A DNA stretch of 64,000 nt, taken from contig CAWCDG010000002.1 of assembly GCA_963794325.1 (NCBI GenBank), forward strand, positions 616,143 to 680,142. The letters are read 5' to 3'. The translations under genes and the position numbers were made by a program. Shown here in pieces: positions 57,148-64,000 of the stretch (positions are counted from its first letter, which is position 1; the number at the start of each line of letters is the position of its first letter). This DNA is from an uncultured delta proteobacterium (GTDB taxonomy: Bacteria; Desulfobacterota; Binatia; Binatales; Binataceae). The notes below the pieces were generated by a model. That model saw only the letters and a program-made list of their open reading frames with translations. It was not told where the DNA came from and made no database searches.

Positions 57148-57810
57148 CTACGGTTTGACGATCGGGTCGAGGACCTTCTCGGTGAGGAAGTTTGAGAGGT
57201 CGGTCAGGCCCTCGCCGGTTATCTCGTGGCCGCAATCGTATTCGTGAAATGTCAGTGGCACCTTCAATGCGCGCAGCGATTCCACCGACGCGCGCGCCCT
57301 CGTGATCTCGATCATGTCGTCGGCGCGGCCGTGCTGTACCATCGTCGGCAAGGCTTCGAGTGCGGCTGGATCGTTAACCTCATCCTTCAAGTCGGGCGGA
57401 AAGTAGGTCGAGAGCGCCACCAGCGCCGCGAACTTCGACGGATTTCGAATCGCCAGCCGATACGCCATCATGCCGCCCTGGCTGAACCCGAGTACCACCA
57501 GTTTTTTGCGATCGACCGGATATTTTTTCAGCGCTTCGTTGAGAAACTCGGTCACCATCTTGTTGGCGTCGTCGATTGCGCCGCGATCGGGCGATGCGCC
57601 CATTCGAATCGGAAACCACGCGTAGCCGCGGGTCGGGCCGATTGGCACTTCCATCGGACCCTGCGGGCAAATCACCATGAAGCGGCCGTCGGCGATGTAC
57701 GGCGCGAGCCCCAGCAGGTCGAGCGCGCTGGCGCCGAACCCGTGCATCGCAATCAGTGTCGGATGTGGCCCTTCGCCCGCGGGCTCGTAGAGCGTGTGGA
57801 TCAGTCGCAT
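57148..57810 (-). CDS. Phospholipase/carboxylesterase
   Basis: HGFG, GFSQG, HG..D, GHEI. Confidence 0.92.
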   Translation of the reverse strand: MRLIHTLYEPAGEGPHPTLIAMHGFGASALDLLGLAPYIADGRFMVICPQGPMEVPIGPTRGYAWFPIRMGASPDRGAIDDANKMVTEFLNEALKKYPVDRKKLVVLGFSQGGMMAYRLAIRNPSKFAALVALSTYFPPDLKDEVNDPAALEALPTMVQHGRADDMIEITRARASVESLRALKVPLTFHEYDCGHEITGEGLTDLSNFLTEKVLDPIVKP

Positions 57811-57943
57811 CGAGGCTGCCTCCTTCGCGGCAATGCCGCATCATAGACTGCGCGCGAGCGCCCTCGCCAGCCGACCCGCAGGTGTTCATCGTGGGCTCAA
57901 TAACCGCTATCTTTAGCGGCTGCGCGATGTGGGCAATAGCAGG

Positions 57944-60900
57944 ATGATCGAGAGTCTGAAGGTCGAGGGGGACCGGCCTCAAGGGTGGGTTGCGTGGACG
58001 CGAGTTGCGTCGTGGGTAGCTGCCGCGTTGGTGGTAGCCGCGATCGCAGCCGCATCGACTCCCGCGGCAGCCACCGGCAAATTCCCGGGATTCATCGCCG
58101 GCGCGATCATGATCGCGCTGGTCATCTACGCCTCCTTCGACTACCTGCGCCCCTTACTCGACGATCCCGACTCCGGCCTGTTCCGCGCGCTGCTGGTACT
58201 CGCCGCCCTGTCCATCATCAAGCTTCTGGTGATGCCGTATTTTCCCGGCTTCGGCCCCGACGTTGGCGACTACCAGGCGTGGGCGAGCCAAATCGCGACG
58301 TTCGGTCCCGCGCATACTTATCAGCAGGGATTCTTCCTCGACTATCCGCCGGGCTATCTCTACGCGCTGTGGGTCGTCGGGATCATCGCGCACGGCATCG
58401 GCGCGACCGGAGATTTTTACCGCGTAATAATCCAAAGTCCCGCGATTGTCGCCGACTTCGCGCTCGCGATCCTGGTGTACGCGTACATGCGGCGCAGCGC
58501 ACGGCGCGAATTGGCTTTCATCGCGCTGCTGATGGTCGCGCTGAATCCGGCGCTGCTGTTCGACACCGTCGTATGGGGGCAGAGCGATTCGGTGATGACC
58601 TTCGTCACTCTGCTCAGCATCGTCGCGATTCTCGGTGAGCAGTACGAAATCGCATGGGGACTCGCCGCAATCGCGGTGCTGGTCAAGCCGCAGGGACTGA
58701 TGATGCTCCCGGTGCTCGGCTTTTGGACGATGCTCGAAACTGATTTTGCGACGTGGATCAGATCGGGAGTCGCGCTCATCGCCGTCGCGATCATCGGCGT
58801 CGCGCCGTTCCAAATCGGCCACGAATGGAACTGGATCATCAAACTCTATAGTTCGACCGCCGCGTACTATCACGAGACCTCGGTCAACGCATTCAACCTG
58901 ATGGCGTTGCTCGGCGGACTCCGCCAGGCGGATACGAACACACTGGCAGGTGTCTCGTTCTTCGCGCTCGGCATGAGCCTGCTGGTACCGCTGTACGCAT
59001 TCGTCGCGTGGATTTTGTGGAGCGGCCGGACGCCGACGCGCCTGCTATTCGCCTCGTTCGTCGCAATTTTTGGATTCTTCATGGTCGCGCCCCGGATGCA
59101 CGAGCGCTATCTCTATCCGGCAATCGCGCTGGCCGTGCCGCTGGCTCTGGAAGCGCCCGAGATGCTCGCAGTCTTCGTGATTATCACGATCACCTGCTTC
59201 ATCAATCTCATCTATATTCTGCACACGCTCAACACCGTGGTGTTCCTGGACTCTCGCGACGGGCTTGCGATGCTGACCTCGGCGCTCAACGTCGTCGCAC
59301 TCGGGCTGGCCGTTTATTGGGGTTCGATGCGCATGCAGGACGGCGGCAGCGGCACCGCGCTGAGCGATTTCGTCGGGAAATTTGCGATGCCGACCCATAC
59401 GGTCGAAGACTACGTCGAGGAAGCCCCATCGACGCCGCCGTGGATTACCACCGACACGATCATCATCTCGCTCCTTCTGATCGCGGCGGCAATCACACGC
59501 TTCTGGAACCTCGGGCATCCGGCCGAGATCGTCTTCGATGAAGTGCATTTCGTCGCTCAAGGACGCCACTATCTGCACGGCGAGTCGTTCCTCGATCCTC
59601 ATCCCCCGCTGGCCAAGCTTGTAATCTCACTGGGCATCCTGCTCTTCGGCGATAAGCCCTTTGGATGGCGAGTCGGCAACGCGACCATCGGCACCGCGCT
59701 GGTGGGAATCACCTATCTGCTCGGGCGCAGGATATCGGGATCGCGGCTGGTCGGCGCGCTCGCCGGCGCGATCATACTGTGCGACGGGATGTACCTGGTC
59801 GATTCGCACTATGCGGTTATCGACATCGTCTATCTCACCTGCGCAGCAGTTTCGTACGTGCTTTTTTTCAAATTCGCGGAGACGCACGACGTAAAAGCGC
59901 GCCGGCGAATCCTGCCATGGATCGGTTTGGCGCTCGGACTGTGTCTGGCCAGCAAACTCTACATCCCAGCGATCACGTTTTTGCTGGTCGTCGGCTTTAT
60001 CGTCTATGTACTCACGCGGGATCATCTTCAGGCCGCACCGCCTCCGCCGCCTCGAGTCGAGCCGAAGCCGGTGGTCGAGTCCAAATCGAAGAAAGGCAAA
60101 GCGCCCGTGCAGGTTCCGGTCGGAATCAATCTTTTCGACCAGACCTCGGCGCTCTTTATAGCGCTGATCTGTATCGTGCTCGGATCGCTGTTATTCCTGA
60201 GCGGGGCCACCGCCGGATACATCGTCCTGGCCATTCTGGCCGTGCTGGCAATTCGCTTGGCTGAGATCTATTGGCGTAACCGCTCAGCGCCATCGACCGC
60301 GCAATCATGGCGGCTGCCTTCGATGCGCGACCTGCTCGAGCCGATGACTATCGGCGCAGTTCTGCTGGTCGGATCGATCGCCACAATCGCGTACCTGGCA
60401 GTATTCCTGCCGCATTTCTGGCTGGGATGGTGGGGCGGCATCTCCGATCTGTTCAAGTATTACAGCGATGTCGTCTGGTACGAGAAGAGCGTTTCGTCCG
60501 CCACCCATCCGTATTCTTCGCGATGGTGGAGTTGGCCGTTGATGCTGCGCCCGATCGCGTACTGGCAGAACTTTCCCAAGACCGGCGACGTGCAGACGGT
60601 CTGGGGCGGCGGCAATCCGCTGCTCTGGTGGGGCGCACTGACCGCAATCACTATCACCGCCGTGCAGGCACTCGAGCGTCCGTCGCTGACCCGCTCGTTC
60701 CTCGTCATCGGCTATCTCAGCTACCTGCTGATCTGGGCGTGGATCGGCCGCACGCTTTTCCTCTACCACTACATGGCTTCGGTTTATTTCGGCTATCTGG
60801 CGCTGGCGATTCTGCTCGCCGAATGCTTCAAAGAGCGCGCCGAGCCGTGGGAGCATCTAGCGCTGTTGCTGACGATGACGCCGGTGTTTTTCCTCGGGCT

Positions 60901-61126
60901 CCCGCCGACCTGGGGGTGGCTGGTATTTTTCGTAGTGGTCGGCGCGTACTTCTACATTCTGCTGAGGACTCCTTATGCGGGGAGGTACGTCGCCAGTGTG
61001 TTCGCGCTCACCGCGGTGATTCTGTTCGTTTACTACTTCCCCATTTGGGTCGGTATGCCGATCAGCCGCGAAGGATATTACGCGCGCATGTGGCTCCAAG
61101 CCGGCGGAGTCCGCAACTGGATATGA
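57944..61126 (+). CDS. Tandem GT-C fusion: DYPP-type glycosyltransferase plus protein O-mannosyltransferase (GT39/PMT) domain
   Basis: DYPP, WGQ.DS, MHERY; then FDEVHF, HPPLAK, HPYSS.WWSWP, GNP.LWW, FLYHY; many TM helices. Confidence 0.88.
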   Translation: MIESLKVEGDRPQGWVAWTRVASWVAAALVVAAIAAASTPAAATGKFPGFIAGAIMIALVIYASFDYLRPLLDDPDSGLFRALLVLAALSIIKLLVMPYFPGFGPDVGDYQAWASQIATFGPAHTYQQGFFLDYPPGYLYALWVVGIIAHGIGATGDFYRVIIQSPAIVADFALAILVYAYMRRSARRELAFIALLMVALNPALLFDTVVWGQSDSVMTFVTLLSIVAILGEQYEIAWGLAAIAVLVKPQGLMMLPVLGFWTMLETDFATWIRSGVALIAVAIIGVAPFQIGHEWNWIIKLYSSTAAYYHETSVNAFNLMALLGGLRQADTNTLAGVSFFALGMSLLVPLYAFVAWILWSGRTPTRLLFASFVAIFGFFMVAPRMHERYLYPAIALAVPLALEAPEMLAVFVIITITCFINLIYILHTLNTVVFLDSRDGLAMLTSALNVVALGLAVYWGSMRMQDGGSGTALSDFVGKFAMPTHTVEDYVEEAPSTPPWITTDTIIISLLLIAAAITRFWNLGHPAEIVFDEVHFVAQGRHYLHGESFLDPHPPLAKLVISLGILLFGDKPFGWRVGNATIGTALVGITYLLGRRISGSRLVGALAGAIILCDGMYLVDSHYAVIDIVYLTCAAVSYVLFFKFAETHDVKARRRILPWIGLALGLCLASKLYIPAITFLLVVGFIVYVLTRDHLQAAPPPPPRVEPKPVVESKSKKGKAPVQVPVGINLFDQTSALFIALICIVLGSLLFLSGATAGYIVLAILAVLAIRLAEIYWRNRSAPSTAQSWRLPSMRDLLEPMTIGAVLLVGSIATIAYLAVFLPHFWLGWWGGISDLFKYYSDVVWYEKSVSSATHPYSSRWWSWPLMLRPIAYWQNFPKTGDVQTVWGGGNPLLWWGALTAITITAVQALERPSLTRSFLVIGYLSYLLIWAWIGRTLFLYHYMASVYFGYLALAILLAECFKERAEPWEHLALLLTMTPVFFLGLPPTWGWLVFFVVVGAYFYILLRTPYAGRYVASVFALTAVILFVYYFPIWVGMPISREGYYARMWLQAGGVRNWI

Positions 61127-61974
61127 TCGCGCCCCCGCACCGCTACCGCGCTCGATTGTTCCCCTTCCGTCGAAGGAAGGGGTTAGTACCCAAATCCGGT
61201 TCCCCTTCCCACTATGGGAAGGGGTTAGGGGTTAGGTTCGCCGCAATTCTTCTCTGCGCGATGCTCGTCGCAGTATCCATCCCGCGCCCCGTCCACGCCG
61301 CCGATCAGAAAAATCTGCTCCTCAATGGCGATTTCAAAAAAGGATCCGAAGATCAGCCCGACTCCTGGCGCACCGAGGCCTGGATCAACGATCCCGATTC
61401 GTTCGCGACCCATTGGCATTCGTACACCGACAAGCCCAGCGAGATGGAGGTCGACAATCTCAAGGCGAACGACGGCCGCTGGATGCAACCGCTCACCGTG
61501 CCGCCGGGATGGTATCAACTCAGCGTCGATGTCCGCACCGAAAACGTCGGCGCCAAGGAATCCGGCGCGTCGATGTCAGTGATGGAAGACGGCATCATGT
61601 CCGCCGACATCCACGGCACCACCGACTGGCAGCGCGTGACGCTCTATCTCAAGGTCGGTGGCAAAGGCGCCGACATCGATGTTGCGCTGCGCATCGGCGG
61701 CTTCGGCAGCCTCAACAGTGGCAAGGCATTCTTCAGAAACGCGACCATGTTCGCGATCGCCGCACCGCCTCCCAACGCGACTCCCACCTACGACCTCAAT
61801 GCGATTCGGCAGCAGGGGGCGCCGGTGCCGATTGGATCGCCAATCTCGCTGGTCGTCACCTTCATGGCGCTGGCCGGAATCGCATTGGCCGGATGGCGCA
61901 TCTTCGGCGACGACGACTATCGACTCTTCGATCCGCTCCGCGCCGCGATGGCGACGCGCCCGAAGAAGCGATGA
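61123..61974 (+). CDS. Exported carbohydrate-binding-module-like protein with C-terminal membrane anchor
   Basis: ATGA overlap with upstream stop; signal-like h-region; NLLLNGDF start of a CBM4/9-like beta-sandwich; C-terminal TM. Confidence 0.75.
   Translation: MIAPPHRYRARLFPFRRRKGLVPKSGSPSHYGKGLGVRFAAILLCAMLVAVSIPRPVHAADQKNLLLNGDFKKGSEDQPDSWRTEAWINDPDSFATHWHSYTDKPSEMEVDNLKANDGRWMQPLTVPPGWYQLSVDVRTENVGAKESGASMSVMEDGIMSADIHGTTDWQRVTLYLKVGGKGADIDVALRIGGFGSLNSGKAFFRNATMFAIAAPPPNATPTYDLNAIRQQGAPVPIGSPISLVVTFMALAGIALAGWRIFGDDDYRLFDPLRAAMATRPKKR
61158..61238. repeat. Two family A hairpins inside the 5' end of CDS 61123
   Basis: GTTCCCCTTCCGTCGAAGGAAGGGG...CCGGTTCCCCTTCCCACTATGGGAAGGGGTTAGGGGTTAGG. 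Confidence 0.85.
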
Positions 61975-63986
61975 GCGCTGGCGTGGCGAACTCCAGCCGC
62001 GCGATCTCGCCCGAGGATCGTCGCCGCCAGCTAGAGGCTGCGATTTTCCTGATCCCGTTCATCACCTACGCCTACTTTTACCAGGGCGCCGACCAGAGCG
62101 TCGCCTGCCGCTTCGATCTGCTTCGCTCGATGATCGAAAAAGGCGCGTTGTACATCAACGATTTCTGCGGCTACAACACCGCCGACATCATCACCTTCCA
62201 TGGCCACATCTATTCCGTCAAAGCGCCCGGCACATCATATACGGCGCTGATCCCGTGGATGGTTTTCCGAATCGCGCTGCTGCCGATGAGCGCGGCGCAC
62301 GAGCCGCTGTACTGGGCGTTCGTCACTTACCTGACCACGGTATTCACGACCGGCCTGCTTATCTCCGCGATGTGCGTCGTCATGTTTCGCTTCGCGCGAT
62401 TTCTCGGCGCGTCCGACGGCCGCGCTACCGGCGTCGCGCTGATTCTCGGTCTCGGCACGATCGCGTTTCCATACGCGACTGAACTCACCGGCGAGCCGGT
62501 CGCCGCAGTTTGCGTCTTCACCGCATTCTACTTGCTTGCGACGTTCTCCACTCGTCCCTCGTCTATGCGTGCCTTCGCCGCCGGCTTCCTCGCGGGATGG
62601 GCGGTCCTCAACGATTACCCGGTTTTCCTGGTCGCCGCCGCAATCGGAATCTACGCGTTGTTCAAGCTGCGCGATTTGAAATTCCTGGCGGCGTTTTCCG
62701 CCGGCGCCGCGATCACCGTCGCAATCATGCTCGCCTTCAACTGGGGTGCATTCGGAAATCCCTTCTTCTTCAGCTACCAGGCGTTCAAGGCCGCGCCCAC
62801 CGAGAATCATCAATTCCCCGAACAGGCGGTCGGCTTCGTCGGTCTGACCTATCCGAAGATGCGCATTCTCTGGAACGTACTGCTCGATCCGCAGCGCGGA
62901 TTGTTTTTCTGCAACCCGGTCCTGCTCTTGTCGATCGTCGGTGTCGGCTATTTTGCCGAGTTCAAAAAGTGGCGCGCAGAATTTATCGTCACCGTCTATT
63001 CTTTCGTCGTGCTGATCCTGTTCAACGCCGCGTATGGCGAATCGATCGTATCGTGGGGCGGCGGCACCGCGACCGGTCCGCGCCAAATCGTCGCCTCAGT
63101 CCCGTTCATGGTGCTCGCACTCGCGTTTCTACCCGCCGCGTTCAACTGGCTGCTCGGCGCGATGGGCGCGCTGTCGGCCGCGATCATGCTCATGGCGACG
63201 GCCACCAATCCGCACTTCCCCTACGAATACGACAACCCGGTGCGCGATTTCGCGCTGCAGCAATTCATGCGCGGCGACTTCGCCACCAACCGCGACGCAT
63301 TCTTCGGCGGCGGCATGATCGTGCGCGACTCGGTCGCGTTCAACCTCGGCAAACTAGCCGGACTGCCCGGACCGTTCCAATTATGGCCGCTCGCCGCGTT
63401 CTGGATCTTCGGCGCATTCGATTTGACGGAAACGCTCGACGTCTGGGGTGATCGGCCCTCGCGGCGCCTGACGCAAACCGCCTTTACGGTGGCAATCGCG
63501 TCGGTGTTCATGATCTCGATGAACCAGCGAGTCATGCAGCCGTTCCTGCAAAGCGGACGTCACGGATTGTTGGGCCGATACTACGTCGGTGATCAATGCG
63601 GCGCGACGCCGCCGCACATCGTGCGCGTCGACTCGCGAATGGACTTCGATGACATCGCGGAAATGGGCGCGATGCCGTTTCCGTCATGCGACACATGGCG
63701 CGGCCATCTCATCGCGCCCACCACCGGCAACTACGAGTTCACTATCGACGTTGACGACTCAGGCTGGCTCACGATCGACGACACGCCGGTAATTCACGAT
63801 CCCGGCCCGATTAACAAGCCTCATGACAGTGGCATCATCCACCTGACCGAAGGCCCCCATCGAATAGAAGTCGGCGAGCGAAACACCGGCGGCGGCTCGT
63901 ACTTACACCTGTACTGGAAAACCCCCGACACCTCAGACCGCGAAATCGTCCCCTCCAAGGCCCTAATCCCCGACCGCGCCAACTAA
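61971..63986 (+). CDS. Polytopic GT-C-like membrane protein with C-terminal PA14 domain
   Basis: YS.KAPG, RGLFF..P, GPR motifs; GLLGRYY, W.G.L.AP.TG.YEF...DD.G.L.ID typical of PA14; ATGA overlap. Confidence 0.8.
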   Translation: MSAGVANSSRAISPEDRRRQLEAAIFLIPFITYAYFYQGADQSVACRFDLLRSMIEKGALYINDFCGYNTADIITFHGHIYSVKAPGTSYTALIPWMVFRIALLPMSAAHEPLYWAFVTYLTTVFTTGLLISAMCVVMFRFARFLGASDGRATGVALILGLGTIAFPYATELTGEPVAAVCVFTAFYLLATFSTRPSSMRAFAAGFLAGWAVLNDYPVFLVAAAIGIYALFKLRDLKFLAAFSAGAAITVAIMLAFNWGAFGNPFFFSYQAFKAAPTENHQFPEQAVGFVGLTYPKMRILWNVLLDPQRGLFFCNPVLLLSIVGVGYFAEFKKWRAEFIVTVYSFVVLILFNAAYGESIVSWGGGTATGPRQIVASVPFMVLALAFLPAAFNWLLGAMGALSAAIMLMATATNPHFPYEYDNPVRDFALQQFMRGDFATNRDAFFGGGMIVRDSVAFNLGKLAGLPGPFQLWPLAAFWIFGAFDLTETLDVWGDRPSRRLTQTAFTVAIASVFMISMNQRVMQPFLQSGRHGLLGRYYVGDQCGATPPHIVRVDSRMDFDDIAEMGAMPFPSCDTWRGHLIAPTTGNYEFTIDVDDSGWLTIDDTPVIHDPGPINKPHDSGIIHLTEGPHRIEVGERNTGGGSYLHLYWKTPDTSDREIVPSKALIPDRAN

Positions 63987-64000
63987 TAAGCAATCCGCTT

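Noticed and set aside
60307-61970. Long N-terminal extensions of ORFs 60307-61974 and 61413-63986
   Set aside because: They overlap real upstream genes in other frames; ATGA-coupled starts at 61123 and 61971 fit better.
1-64000. Many overlapping antisense and alternative-frame ORFs; tRNA, rRNA or riboswitch candidates
   Set aside because: Arg/Ala-rich shadow ORFs are expected at high GC; no cloverleaf, rRNA or FMN-riboswitch motif was recognised by eye, and no covariance search could be run.

Overview
High-GC bacterial chromosomal window. Gene content and order suggest a Deltaproteobacteria-like lineage, possibly Binatota/Binatia (inference only), and a near-perfect parS site at 37331 suggests the region is origin-proximal. 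Main blocks from left to right: a transglutaminase / alpha-E / circularly permuted ATP-grasp operon downstream of two ABC exporters; a type II secretion operon gspE-F-(mini-F)-G-H-I-J-K-L-M-N without gspC/gspD; a small accessory island (22.3-24.9 kb) with three copies of a short gene 3' end, an IS1-like transposase remnant and tiny passenger ORFs; a STAND-type adenylate cyclase; his, thr, met and fol genes; a vapBC pair; the yceD-rpmF-plsX-fabD-acpP-nrdR-ribD-ribBA-nusB-lptE-holA-rpsT housekeeping block; and a three-gene GT-C/PMT glycosylation cluster. Most notable observations: (1) the riboflavin operon keeps intact RibA and RibD but has a degenerate RibB domain and lacks ribE and ribH, which would suit supplying the F420/FO precursor rather than riboflavin; (2) a translationally coupled membrane-only mini-GspF whose last 38 residues match GspF with only synonymous changes; (3) a cassette-like accretion locus; (4) five palindromic repeat families plus a GTGAAAA tandem repeat, which supply stop codons, flank a gene as inverted repeats and in one case lie in frame in a signal peptide. 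Two genes are frameshifted, possibly through sequencing errors. No rRNA, tRNA or CRISPR array was recognised.
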